The notes under the pieces were generated by a model, which was not told the origin of the DNA, searched no databases, and saw nothing but the letters and a program-made list of their open reading frames with translations. From Chiloscyllium plagiosum (taxonomy: Eukaryota), in NCBI RefSeq assembly GCF_004010195.1, contig NC_057758.1:3773428-3837427 (forward strand): a DNA stretch of 64,000 nt, in the 5' to 3' direction. The position numbers and the translations under genes were made by a program. The first letter of the stretch is position 1. Each line of letters begins with the position of its first letter. Below, piece by piece: positions 26,170 through 39,599 of the stretch.

Positions 26170-26560
26170 TTCAGATTGTGACAATTATGAGCCATGCTGC
26201 TATTGGGGGACAATAGTCTGAAATGGCATAGACAGTGTCACCACTGTCATCTCCATAACAGCCAGCTTCATTGAATCGCTGTTGAGAGACAAGACATAAT
26301 GCACCGCTACCAACTCTTGAGTATGACTTGAGGGATAATAGACAATACGTTCCAAACGCATGTTCACTTCCTTCTGGAAGGGCAAGCGTGCCAGATAGAT
26401 GGGAGCACTTCAAATAGTACTCCAAGCCACTCACCATCTTGACTTCGAAATGCATCTGCCAATCCATAACTATCGCCATGTCCAAATCCTGAAATTTCTA
26501 CACTGACAGTTGGCTGTGGGTCAGTCTATAGCATTCGGACTGCAGCAGCTCAAGAAGGAG
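26170..26560 (+). mobile_element. LINE 3' fragment (same family as 50050-51220)
   Basis: ctccaagccactcaccatcttgacttcgaaat...ggactgcagcagctcaagaagg tail. Confidence 0.55.
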
Positions 26561-27959
26561 CTCAATGCTTCTGCCGCACCCGCCCCGCACCAATCCCCAT
26601 AACCTGCTCTGTAAAACGTGTTAAATAGTGAAAACATTCTGAAGTAGAATCAGGAGAAATGGAAAAATCGGAGTCAGGATATGTTAGAGGAACTCGATTC
26701 TGACCGAGGCCCGAAAATAATTAACACCAGTTGATGACACAAAAAAGCAGAGATGGTTATCTTTTGTTGGCTCATGTTTGTTTCGTGAAACTGAATGAAC
26801 ACATTTCCGAAATCTGGGAGCTTCATATCTTCACTCGGAAACCATTCAATATGTCACTCAACAAATTATGATTTATAACGCTTCATAGAGTCTTTCCAGT
26901 CATTTGCCCATTCAGGATTGATCACGCATCAAGAAATCCGATTTCCGAGCGCCTGGGTCAACATCTCCCCAGAGTGTACCGCACCAACTTCTTGGTTCCA
27001 GCAAACACAGTCAATTATAAATCATCACCTCAAAGTTGTCAATGTTCACATTGCAACGTAAGGCACTGGATAGCTGACAAAAGAGAATTAACGTTAAAAA
27101 TTCACGAATATGTGACAACATCTCAAGCGAATGAGGATTAAAAGGATCATTTGTATTCAAGGTGTATATTTGTACTTGTCAGAGTTTTCAAGGTGCCCTT
27201 TCTTCCAAATGACTTACATAAATGATTTAATTTACTTTGCTTAAGTTGTTGTACGGTGCATTGAAGACCAAACATTCACGTGCACTGATACATACAAACT
27301 GACACCGACCACAGACATACACACTCAGTCAGCCACCGTCGCACACATGAATGCACGCAAACACTGCGCACTGATAATGCACTTAAACAACCAGAGAGAG
27401 CCATACACTCCTTCATTCATTCAATGTCCCACCAAAAGACACACTCAGACGTACACAAAATTGAAACACTCAATAAAAGGCATGTATATAAACACACAGA
27501 AACAGACAGAGAAGAACAGACAGTTGCTCTACTAACATTATTTGCATTAACTTAAACACAATCAGGTGCGTTTCGGTTTGCTTGAAGCAGCAGATGGAAT
27601 GAAAAGAATTGAAAAGGAAATGAAATCTAATGCATACCGACTGAAGGAGCAATGGGATTGCTTCTCATATGAATCAGCCCGTCACTGCGCGGCTAACTTC
27701 TTTGGCCTGAAAATTATCTGCAATTTAATTGCAATTTCCCAATCTCTTTAAGGCCAAAGCTCTCTGAGACGTCTACACTCTTACGTTTCTTGCATTTTGA
27801 GAGTCTCCCACATTGTTGGCCACTTTTGTTTCCGATCTGCTAAGCATCGTATTGCCTGCATGCAGGTGGCCAAGCTGGTCTTTATTTTATCAAATACTGA
27901 GGTTCTTTAGGTTTCATCACCTTTTCCTGTGCCTCTGGATAATTTGTGTATTTTTACCA

Positions 27960-29645
27960 AGCTTTTTTGTATGATGTACTTTGCTAATCAGTAATAGTGT
28001 CATAGGTGCAGAAAGGGAGATCGTCGAGGAGGGATCTCTGCATAGTATGCATGGGTGCAAATCAGAAATAGGAAACACCCAATCACTTTATTGGGAGATT
28101 TTTGAAGCCCCAACCCCCCTCCCACCAATACCAGCGGAGACACGGAGGAGCAGATTGGATTGTAGATATTTGGAAAGTGCAGACATAACAGGGTTGTTGT
28201 CACAGGTGGCGCTAACTTCTCTAATATTGTTTGGAACCTCTTTCGTTCAGATAGTTTGAATTGAGCACTTTTTGTCACGTGTGCCCATGAAGGGTTTCTC
28301 GTGCAATATGTACATAGACCGAGGAGATGGCAGGCCATATTGGATTTGGTGCTTGGCAACAAACCATACAAGTTATGAGTTATCTCTGTGGTCGAACATT
28401 GTGATAATAGTGGTCACAAATCTATAATCGTTTCTATACTCCTGGAGAATGGTAGGAACAGACGTTATGGAAAGTATTTAGTTGGAGGAGGGGGAAATTT
28501 GGCATGAACTGGGGTGCCGAATTGGGGTTAAATGGATTTATCCCACCGAGGCAATGAAGTGATGTTAGTTGAAATAACATTGGCTGACAAGGAATGTGAA
28601 ACATCTAGTAAAAAGGAAGAAGCAAGCTTACTTAACGTCAAGGATCAGGCAGGCCTTCAGAGGATGAAAATAAAGCCAGGAAGGAACTGGAGAGTGGAAT
28701 GATGATATGTATCAGATGCAATGAGGAAAAGCTTTATCGGATAGAATTAAGCAAATCCTAAGTCTTTCTAACTTATATGAGGAACAATAGGACGACTAAA
28801 CTGACGGTAGTGTCGATCAGGGATACTGAAGGGTGCTTTGCACCTGGAGTTAGACGAAGTAGGGGAGGTCCATAATAAATACTTTACTTCAACATTCCCT
28901 CCTGGGAGGGACTTAACATTTCTGAAGACTGCGTGAAACAGACCGATATGGTAAAATACTTTGAAGTTCGGAAGGAGGATGGACTGAAAATTTTGAAATA
29001 AGTGAGGATTGCTAAATTGTCTGGGCCAGATGGGATATATCATGGGTTAACCATCTAAAGCCTGGGAAGAGATTTCTGCTGCTTTGGTGATGATCTCTGC
29101 CGCCGGCTCTGTCCATTGGAGTTGTGCCAAATGATTGCTGGGTGGAAAAAGTTATTCACTTATTCAAAGAAGTGAGTAGGGATAATTCTGGGAATAACAG
29201 AACAGGTAGACTAAGTCAGCGGTGGGCGACGTACTGGAGAGTATTCTTAGAGATAGGACTTATAATTACTTGGAAAAGTATATTTGATTGGAGATTGTAA
29301 GAACCGTGTTGTGCGGGTCAGGTCTCGCCTCTCAAAATTTATTGAATTATTTGAAGATGTGACAAAATATTTTGATTAAGATAGAGCAGTGGATGTGTTG
29401 TACATGGATTTTAGCAAAGCGTTTTATGAGTTTCCCCATGGTAGCCTCAGTCCGAAACTTGGAATGGATTGAATGCAGGAATACCTTTTAATCTGGGTAC
29501 AGAATTAGCTGGCCCACAAAAGACAGAGCGTGGGCTTCTATGGAAAGTATTCAGCGTGGAGCTCGTTGACAAGTGGTGTTCCCCTGGGATTGTTTCTGCT
29601 GTATGTGAATTTTATAAATTACTTGGATGATGGAGTGAAAAGGCG
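27960..29645 (+). mobile_element. Degenerate CR1-type LINE (endonuclease to RT)
   Basis: AILDLVLGNKP, AVDVLYMDFSKAF and SGVP remnants. Confidence 0.8.
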
Positions 29646-30649
29646 CATGTCGGAGTCATTCAGTTCATTGACTTAAAGACCACAAATGAGGATCGAGGTG
29701 AAATTGACAAGCGGGTTATTCACACAAAATGATATCATTGAAGAGAAATCGACAAGGCGAACACAGAACTGATTCTCTGCACGGATGGCCAGAATTCTAT
29801 TCCCAGAACTGAAGGCGCAGACATGCCTTATAGGGGTAAAACGCAATGATAATAATTGTAAAGAATTACAGTACAATAGTGCAACTTGTAAAGTGGTCAA
29901 GTCATCTATAATCCGAATGGAAGTGAATTAAGCGCCCGGCAGTTCAATTCATTTGTAATCAACACTGGAGATTCCAGCCTTCTCCGTGAGTTGGTGAGAA
30001 TGTCTTCTCGAGGATTCTTCATTGTACTTCCCATCCGTGCGAATATGTGTAAATGTCACTTTTCATTGGATTCAGGTGTATCCATTACGGTTATAAAGTA
30101 TGCAAAGTCTTCCAGCATTCCTCACTGATAAGCACACATACAGACATACCGAGAGACGTATAAATCGCGATAAACACACAAAAGCAGACACACACATGCT
30201 AAATTATAGAGAGAGACATAGACGGAGAAATAACGAGGCTCACAGAGATGCACACAGGTCCTCTGAGTTGGTAAATACCTAGCAGAGTCGGTAAGTATGA
30301 GGTTAACGAATTTGTGTGCAAAATTAGGAAGACTGATTATGATTGCAGTGGCTGCAAAGTTGGAGATTAGATTGTTCAGTGAGAGTGTGAGGTGTGTCCA
30401 ATCAGTTTGGGGTCACTGTGGGGCCTGTGTGTTAAGAGTAGAGTCTGTGAGTTCACTGTGGAGGTCGGGTGTTCAATGTGCGTTCAGTGTGTTCATTGTA
30501 GGGTCAGTGTGCATTAAATGCAGGGTCAGAATCTTCAGGATGGGGTCTGTGTGTTGAGAGAGTGGCCTATGTGTTTTGTGTGAGTTCTGTGTGTTCAGAT
30601 ATGGGCTCTATGCTTTCATTGCGAGGCCCCTGTGGGGCCTGTGTGTTCA

Positions 30650-31598
30650 CAGTGGATTCTGGATTAGTGGTGCTGATAAAACACAGCAGTTCAGGCAGCA
30701 TCCGTGGAGCAGTAAAATCGACGTTTCAGGCAAAGGCCCTTTATCAGAAATGCAGGCAGAGTGCCTGAACGGTGGCGAGATAAATGAGGGGAGGGTGGGG
30801 GTTGGGAGAATGTTGCACAGAGTACAATAGATGAGTGGGGGTGGTGATGAAGGTGATAGATCTGGGAGGACGGTGAGGGAAGGGAGCAAAGAGTACAATG
30901 GGTGTTGGGGTTGGGATGAAGGTGATAAGTCAGAGAGGAGGGTGGAGTGGACAGATGGAAAAGAAGATTGGAAGGTAGGACAAGTCATGGGGACAGTGCT
31001 GAGCTAGAAGTTTGGAACTGAGTTGAGGTGGGGAAGGGGAAATGAGGAAACTGTTGAAGTCCACATAGATGCCCTGGTGTTGAAGTGTTCCAAGGAGGAA
31101 GATGAGTCGTTCTTCTTCCAGGCGTCGGTAGTGAGGGAGCGGCGGTGAAGGAGGCCCAGGACCTCCATGTCCTTGGCAGAGTGGGAGGGGTAATTGAAAT
31201 GTTGGGCCACAGGGCGGTGTGGTTGATTAGTTCGGGTGTGCCAGAGATGTTCCCTAAAGCACTCTGCTAGAAGGCGTCCAGTCTCGCCAATGTAGAGGAG
31301 AGCGCATCGGGAGCAATGGACGCAATAAATGATATTGGTGGATGTGCAGGTAAAACTTTGATGGTTGTGGAAGGCTCAATTAATGCCTTGGATGGAGGTG
31401 AGGGAGGAGTGGCCGCAGGTTTTGCAATTCCTGCGGTGGCAGGGGAAGGTGCGATACGGGAGGGTTGGTTGCAGGGAGGCGTGGACCTGACCAGGTAGTC
31501 ACGGACGGAACGTTCTTTGCGGAAGGCGGAAAGGGGTGGGGAGGGAAATATATCCGTGTTGGTAGGGTCTGTTTGGAGATGGTGGAGATGTCGGGGAA
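30650..31598 (-). mobile_element. Penelope-like element 3' half (GIY-YIG endonuclease + terminus)
   Basis: HLQTDPTNTDIFPSPPLSAFRKERSVRDYLVRS; AQHFNYPSHSAKDMEVLGLLHRRSLT; terminus with hammerhead-like core at ~30720-30747. Confidence 0.88.
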
Positions 31599-32650
31599 CT
31601 GTAATATGGACCAGACTTGACCCCTTCAAAACATTTTAAGAAGTGAACCTTAATCCGAACATTTTTTACTTTAAAGGCAAATGTGAGCGTCTTGTCGTAG
31701 ATGCAATGTGACTGGTCCATTTAACTCGACGTTAAACAATCGGCTTTTTTCCAATGGTACAGTTATACCAGCATTTAAGAATACAATAATTATTGGAAAA
31801 CTTGACAGACTAACAGATAGAGTTCTAATTAATTGTTCCAATAGAGTAACATCCGCGAACATATGCCTTAGATTAAAGAAAATGCAGAAAAATAGATTTG
31901 TTTAAAAGGAGCCCAGCAACTGATACAAAGCCCATATTTTAGCTGTAACTCCATCTCAGTACATGTGATACCATAAATAAATCTAATCTAAATCTGTGCT
32001 GAGTGCCATTGATCATATTATGTAATTCTAAATGTTTTGGGATTATTTCCTTTTTGAAAGACTATAATGTGTCCCAATGTATATCTTGCTCTGTCCAAAT
32101 CCAATGTGAACAACATGCCTGTGTTTGCTATGATCTGCTTGTACTGCTCTCAGAAAACAAAACGGCATGAGTGATATGCGGATTAGAAAGGACAGAAGTG
32201 GGATGTTGTCCATGGAGTCTGAATAGGCAAAAGAGGTGTCAAATGAATATTTTCGTCCGTATTCACACGGGAAAAAAGGCAATGCTGTCGAGGAGATTCT
32301 GGCTAATGGATTAAACTGATTGAGGTTCAGAAGTAGGAGATGTAAGCCAGTCTGGAAATTGTGAAAATAAGTATGTCGACATGGGCAGGATGGGATTTAA
32401 CCTAAGCTAGGGAAGAAAACGTAAATGCTTTGGCTTGCAGCTTTATGTTGTCAATATTTACAGGAAAGAAGGATAGCAAATGTCGTCCACTTGTTCAAGA
32501 AAGTGACCAGAGAGAACCGTGGTATATTAGACGAGTGAACCTTACTTCACTTCTGGGTTAAAGTATGGAAAGGATCATATGATAAGAGTTATAATCATCT
32601 GGACAAAAATAAGTTCATTTGGGATACTCAACCCTATTTGATCAAGCATA

Positions 32651-32782
32651 ACCCTTCCTGAAGAAGGGCTTATGCCCGAAACGTCTATTCTCCTGCTCTT
32701 TTGATGTTGCCTGACCTGCTGCGCTTTTCCAGCAACACATTTGTAAGCTCTGAACTCCAGCACCTGCAGTCCTCACCTTCTC
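32651..32782 (+). mobile_element. Penelope-like terminal insertion inside CR1
   Basis: CTGAAGAagggcttatgcccGAAAcgtc core at 32658-32685; caagcata repeated at 32643-32650 and 32783-32790. Confidence 0.8.
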
Positions 32783-34000
32783 CAAGCATAGGTCGTCCCT
32801 CACAGACCTTACTGAGTTCTTTGCGAAGGTGACCAAAAAAGAGTTGAGCGTAATGTGTTTGATGTGTTATATAAGGATTTTAGCAAAGAGTTTGAAAACG
32901 GTCCCCCGGTACACTTTCGCGGAAAATGTGGAGGCATAGAATTGAAGGTGACTTAGCAGTTTGGATCAGAAATTTGCTAACTATAAGAAGATTGTTGGGA
33001 AATGTTCATCATGGAGTTCAGTTACTTGTGGTGTGCCGCATGGAGCTGTTTAGGGGCTACTGCTCTTCGTCATTCTCATAATTGACCTGGATGTGGGCGT
33101 AGGAGAAAGTGAGTACTACAGATGCTGGAGCTCAGAGTCGAAAGGTGTGATGCCGATTCCACAGTTTAGGCAACACCCGATGAGAAAAAGAATCGACATT
33201 TCGAGCATAAGCTCTTCATTAGTAATGAGGGGTAGCCGAAGGGATGAGACATAAATGGGTGTGGAGAAGGGCTGAGGGACGATCGCCTGGAATGCGATAG
33301 CTGCAAGAACTTGCGGGGTGAAGGTGATATGTCGACCAAGAGAATGATGTCTAGGTCTGACCTGCTGCGCTTTTCCAGCAACACATTTGTAAGCTCTGAA
33401 CTCCAGCACCTGCAGTCCTCACCTTCTCCAAGCATAGGTCGTCCCTCACAGACCTTACTGAGTTCTTTGCGAAGGTGACCAAAAAAGAGTTGAGCGTAAT
33501 GTGTTTGATGTGTTATATAAGGATTTTAGCAAAGAGTTTGAAAACGGTCCCCCGGTACACTTTCGCGGAAAATGTGGAGGCATAGGATTGAGGGTGACTT
33601 AGCAGTTTGGCTCAGGAATTTGCTAACTATAAGAAGATTGTTGGGAAATGTTCATCATGGAGTTCAGTTACTTGTGGTGTGCCGCATGAAGCTATTTAGG
33701 GGCTACTGCTCTTCGTCATTCTCATAATTGACCTGGATGTGGGCGTAGGAGAAAGTGAGTACGACAGGTGCTGGAGCTCAGAGTCGAAAGGTGTGATGCC
33801 GATTCCACAGGTTAGGCAACACCCGATGAGAAAAAGAATCGACATTTCGAACATAAGCTCTTCATTAGTAATGAGGGGTAGCCTAAGGGATGAGACATAA
33901 ATGGGTGTGGAGAAGGGCTGAGGGACGATCGCCTGGAATGCGATAGGTGCAAGAACTTGCGGGGTGAAGGTGATATGTCGACCAAGAGAATGATGCCTAG
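32711..34000 (+). repeat. 646-bp direct tandem duplication
   Basis: 32711-33354 is near-identical to 33357-34000; the ORF track shows MLEFRAYKCVAGKAQQVR twice, offset by 646. Confidence 0.92.
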
Positions 34001-34372
34001 ATTGGACAGCATACGAGGTGCAGGAAAGGCAACGTTTCAGGCCGGAACCCTTCATCAGGAATGGAGGATTGGGTGGGTGGGTGGGAAGGAAGATGGACAA
34101 GAAGGACAATTCAAGACAGCTGAACAACGTTGGAAGTTTGGATCTGGAATATGATTGGGGGAGGGAAAATTAAGAAACTGGTGAAGTCTAAATTAATCCC
34201 GTGTGGATGCAGCGTCTCAAGGCGGAAGAGGTGACGTTCTTCCTCCAGGCATCGGGTGGATAACGTTTTGTGGTGGAGGAAGTACAGGACTTCCATCTCC
34301 TTGGTGGAGTGGAGGGGGGGAGGGTGTTAAAATGTTTGGCCACAGTGTGGTCATTGGTGCATATGTCTAAGA
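34001..34372 (-). mobile_element. Penelope-like 3' fragment (GIY-YIG + terminus)
   Basis: MEVLYFLHHKTLSTRCLEEERHLFRLETLHPHGINLDF; ctgatgaagggttccggcctgaaacg. Confidence 0.8.
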
Positions 34373-35279
34373 GACATGTCTAATGGAGTAGTAATTTGCG
34401 GATGACACGAAAGTCCACGGAGATGTGGACAGTGCGGAAGGATGTTCCATTTTCCAGAGGGCCATAGATAACCTACAGAGCTCAGCTGATAGGCGGCAAA
34501 TGCAGTTAAATGTAGAAAATTGTGAGCTAATTAATTTTGGAAGGAGTAACAGGAATAAAGCCTACTAGGCGAATGATCGTGTTGATCTCGTTGTTTATGT
34601 GCAGAAACCCCTTCAAAGTTGTTACGGGGTTGATAGAGCTGTTTAAAAGGTGTACCCTGTGTTACGTTTTATTGTTAGAATTATTGATTTTCGAAGCGAT
34701 TAGGTCAAATTGTAGCTGTACATTACTCTGGAGCGGCCGCCCTTGCAAATTGCATACAGTTCTGTTCGCCATGTTATACGAAGGATGGAAAAGCGTTCGA
34801 AAGGTTGCAGTGGAGATTTACCATATGTTGCATGATCTTATGAGGAAAACCTGAAGGACTTGAGGCTGCTTCCCTTACAGAGAAGAAGGTTAAGAGGTGA
34901 CTTAATAGAGAGAAAAAAGATAATCAGAGGGTTAGATTGTTTGAACAGTGAGAGCCTTTCTCGTCGGATGGAGCTTGCTTGCAGGAGGGGACATAGCTTT
35001 AAGTTGAGGTATGATAGATACAGGAAACATGCCAGTGTAGGTTCTTTTCTAAGAGAGTACTAAGCGCGTGGAATGCCTTGCCTGCAACAGTAGGAGAATA
35101 TCCAACGTTAAGGGCGTCTAAATGTTCATTAGATAAACATGTGGATGATAACAGAACAATGTCCGTTAGCTGGGCTTCGGACTGGTTTCACAGGTCGGCG
35201 CAACATCAAGTGCTGAAGGGCCTGTCCTGCGCTATAATGTTCTGTGTTTTGGGTTCTCTAACCATCTGCACTGGAGAAA

Positions 35280-35770
35280 TCATGGTCTGAATTATCTGTG
35301 TATGTGACTCCAGATCCGTACTACTCTCGTTGCCATGGAACTATTGTATCTGCACATGTGCCCCCCAGGCCAACGGTAATGTGCTCATCATTGTCCTGCA
35401 TCATCACTGTATTGGATTTCGAGACACACAGAATTATGATTCTACTGACCTGCTTCATCTCTACATGTAATCCCAGCCCCACAGCAACATGATTCCCAAT
35501 AATCTGCCCCAGTTCTCAAATATGACTCTTGACTCACAGCGCTGTGGTTACGATTGACCCACTCAGTCGAGACATGTGACTTCATGCTCAGAGCACCATG
35601 GTTCGTAGTGACCCCTCCAATGTTGCAGTGACTCCAAAGCAACAACACTCTGTGTACCACGAGCCTGCTCTGTTGCTACATGTAAGTCCAGACGCTCAAC
35701 ACTGTTCTTGTTCTTGACCTGTGCTGGCCCTACATGTCCTACCAGACCCACGTCATGATGGTTGCGAGTA
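35280..35770 (+). repeat. Degenerate ~54-bp tandem array (9 units) derived from a SINE core
   Basis: catgtgactccagaccc-like motif at 35301, 35355, 35410, 35464, 35519, 35573, 35625, 35679 and 35733. Confidence 0.75.
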
Positions 35771-35809
35771 AGCTGCAATTGGAATGTCACTCTTTGCTTC
35801 AAATTGGAC

Positions 35810-36580
35810 AGATATCTGCCTTAAACAGCTTCTCAGGCAGATGTTCCATATTTCTGCTATCCTCTGAATGAAACAAAAATATCTAATTTCACTTCTCAAC
35901 CAATTATTCATCAGCCAAAACTATTACTCTCTGGTCTTAGACACGCCTGCAGTGTGGAAAGTTTCTCACAACCATTTCTGTTTATAACTCCCAAGACATT
36001 GTTTGCATCAATCCGAATTCCCCTCAGCAACCTCTGCCCCGAGGAGAATAAACACAGTCTGTCAATTCACTGATCATAACTGCGATTTTAATCCCAGGCA
36101 ACATCATAGTCAATCTCCTTTATACCCTCTCCTATACACAGCTCTCGTTCCGATAATGTGGTGACAAGCACTGCACATATTATTCCATGTGTGGATGAAC
36201 CAATGTCTTACAGGATTGTAATAAATTTTTTTTGCTCCTATACTCCAATTGGAAATGATGACTAGCATTGTGTATGAATTCTTCACCATCCTTTTTAACT
36301 GTGCTGACATCTTCAAGGATTTATTAACTTGTACACTAAGACCCCTTTGTTCTTCAGTACCCCCTGTGGACCGAACAATCATTAGGCATGTGTTTCCCGT
36401 TTCAGACATTGCAAAATGCTTATGACACTTATCATAATTAAATTACACCTGCCTAATTAAGCAGCTGATCATTATCAGACTGTAGCCTGAGACCATCCTC
36501 CTCACTATTACCAACACCATCAAATTTCGAGTCATCTGAAAACTTCCCAAATATCCATTTTACGTTCTTAGCCAACTTTT
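35810..36580 (-). mobile_element. Degenerate CR1-type LINE
   Basis: GTEEQRGLSVQVNKSLKMSAQ and FSDDSKF remnants. Confidence 0.75.
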
Positions 36581-36859
36581 ATATGGAAAGTCCATAATCA
36601 GGAAATACAGTTTTGTTATTTAAAACTAATATAAACAAGCACTTCTTTCTTCTTAGAGTGTTTTAAACCTTTTGAATTTCCATTTTGAAAAGGCAACTGT
36701 GCAAGCTCTTTAAGTATTTTTATGGCATATTCACAGAGATTTGTGATAATCAACGGGACGAAAACTTATCAAGATAATGTAGTAATGCAGAGTTAAGAAG
36801 ACACCATGATCTAATTGAATAAAAACTGGAAGAAATATGCATAATATAGATTAGATGAA

Positions 36860-37065
36860 AAAAATTCTGGAAAAGATCAACAGGTCTGGCAGTTTCCAGG
36901 GAGAGAAATCATAATTAATGTTTTGGGTCGAGTGACCCTTCCTGAGGAGTCAGGTTCATTTATCCAGTTCTGAGGAAGTATCAGACGACTAGAAAGGCTA
37001 TCACTGACTTCTCTGCACAGATGCTGCCGAACTTGCAGAGCTTTTCCAGTAATTGCTGTTGTACA
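36860..37065. mobile_element. Degenerate fold-back Penelope-like terminus pair
   Basis: ctggaaaagatcaacaggtctggcag ... inverted as gctgccgaacttgcagagcttttccag. Confidence 0.6.
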
Positions 37066-37559
37066 TTGTGTTATTGATTTGCGGGCTTGCAGAAATGAAA
37101 GGCTGAGTGGTCTACAGTTTCTCTTATATTATGTGTATGAACGACTCCACGGAGAACGTTTGGCTGCCTCTCCAACCGATACCTGCTGAACAAATACGAA
37201 CATTCTTTCTGTGTGTTCTGCCCCTAAATGGTTCACTCGTCTCCTAATGCACTTCAACGTTGGTGTTAAATCTCCTCCCTGTTTGCACAATGTGGATAGA
37301 ATTCACACAAATTTTGTTTTTTCTTGGTGTTCGGTCAGCATGCAGGATAAATTTTGTCTCCTGTTCCGAACAAGTGTGGCTCCCAATTTCCATCCCTGCC
37401 TTTGAGCTCAGAACGCGAGAAAACGGTGAGTCTCAGTGTGATGCAACAGGGTGATGCCTAATTTCTGTCTGAGTGAAACATCACGCCTCCTATCCCTTCC
37501 CCAAAGAAAGATGCAGAATAATTCAGCGACTTTGCCTGCAGGCTATGGTGATCAATCAT

Positions 37560-38560
37560 CGAGTCAAAGAATGTAGGCGAGGCACTTCAGCCCAATTGAG
37601 TCGGCATCGTGACATGTGAAACAAAAGCTACACTTGTCACACATTCCAAAACATAGCGCTTCGCCTTCAATGTTCGGGCATTTCATGCGGTTTATGCAAG
37701 ATCTTTTCAAAAATTGCGAGGTTTCCCAGCTGAACTACACTCCCGGCCAAATAATTCCAGATCCCACAATCCTCTCGTTGAAGCGTTTTCCCCTCAACTC
37801 CACTCCACACCTTTTTGCCTTTCAATTTCAAATTATGCCACCTGGTTATTGACCGTTCGACTGAGGGGAGCTGCGTTTTACTGCTCACTCTTGTCCGTGG
37901 CACTATGACTCTTGCACACATCAAACAGTTTTCCTCGCTATCTTCTCTGCAACAACCCGTGCAGCGCTTGCTTCCCTTTGTCGCTAAACCGTTCCATAGA
38001 ATTTCAAACCGTACAGCACAGGAACGGCTCCTTCTGCCCACCATTTTACCATTTTAAACTAATTCTATATGCCTGCATGTGCTTTGTATCTCTCTATACT
38101 CTGTCCATGCATGTATCAATCTAAAAGCATTTTAAGCTTTCCTATGGTATCCACTTCTGTCACCTCCCCTGGCAGTGTGGTCCAATGAGCTCAGCTCTCA
38201 CTTAAAAAAACAACTTTACTTACATATTTGCATAAAGCGTATTCCCCTCACCTTAAATCTCATTACACCGGTATTTGACATATCCGCTCTGGGCGAAAGG
38301 ATATCCAACCGGCAACCTATCCTCGCATCATTTTTTTTGTGCTTCTGACACGTCGCCCCTCCTACTCCCATACTCGATCGGAAACGATCCAAGTTTTTGC
38401 AGTCACCCCTTGCAGCTAAACCTCTTCTATCCTGCCACACCTCTTTTGGAGCCTCCCCAAACCATCCATATCGTTGCTGTGCTGTGGTTATCCGGACTGA
38501 ACATAGTCTTCCGATGGCTGTGTAACCAAAACCCTGCAGCTAAGCTACGACAGTGACAAC
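37560..38560 (-). mobile_element. CR1-type 3' fragments
   Basis: TRWHNLKLKGKKV and FKVRGIRF remnants with tails. Confidence 0.6.
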
Positions 38561-39599
38561 GCCATCATGGTGTCTTGCCTGTTTTTTGTGACTGCTGCCC
38601 TCCTCGCAGTTACTGTGTTAGATGAATGACCTGAATGAGAAATGAGACATGGACAATTAATTTTTGCTGGTGTCATTCAGTTTTATTCACGTGTCTGAGA
38701 AAGCAATGCACCAGGGCTCGCTGGATTAACACCATGAAATGAAGCCTGAATTGAAGAGATGACGGATATCTCCGATCGGAAACTCAACTACTTTCCAACG
38801 TTGTTATGTTACCTTTTCTTCATCGCTGGCAAGAAAGGCATGCAGCAAACTTGGAATTGTGGGCATGTTCCTGCATTCCTTACTGAAACATCAGGGGCAC
38901 AAAGCAAGAAGGATGCAGATTGTTGTCTCCCGTTTCTAAATAGAATTTATTGGGGTCGCAACAGTGCACAATGCTTGAAATACTTTCTCCTAATTGTTTG
39001 TGAAGACCAGACCCGTGTGCACTTCTGTGGCTCTGGCCTGATATTGATATAGCCGATTAATAACTGGTCAGTTTGTTCACACTGTGCAGCCATTTGGGAA
39101 GAGAGACTGCAACGTTCCTGAGCAGTTTGCCCCAAGAAGTGAGACGCGATTGGAAACATTAGCTGGCATAAAAGTGAACAGATCCCCTGGTCTGTAACTC
39201 AGTGGTTTCATTATTCAGATAGCTGTTGGGATTTGCAACCCGCTGCGAGGGAGAGAGGTAAAGGTAGGATTCAAAAGAGACTTCGATATTCATTTGAAGG
39301 GGATGAATTGAGAGGAACGTGGCAGATACAATGGATTGAATGGTCGCGCTGTGAACTGGAAAATTCAACGATTCTTATATGATGGATAGCTGACCAAGCC
39401 TTGTTCAAAGGGGGGTGGTTTCTGACCAATCTCAAAGGAAGAGATAGATGGCGTTAATTTTAAACAGTTTCTGCTGCAACAGATATCTTGACGCATGGCC
39501 AATATAGTCAGATTTATTAAGACAGCATATATCAAAGAAGACCGGACTTAGAGGGATGCGGATATCATGAAATTTTCAAACTGCAACCATTGCATATAT

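Larger units (their letters stand above)
32170..35240 (+). mobile_element. Degenerate CR1-type LINE with nested PLE fragments and an internal tandem duplication
   Basis: LTDLTEFFAKVT, SGVP-like, FADDTK and LQRRRLRGDLIE remnants, interrupted at ~32651, ~33104 and ~34000-34370. Confidence 0.8.

Noticed and set aside
35280..35770. Regularly spaced motif considered as a CRISPR-like repeat-spacer array
   Set aside because: Eukaryotic context, no cas genes, degenerate repeats, and whole units appear homologous to a SINE segment
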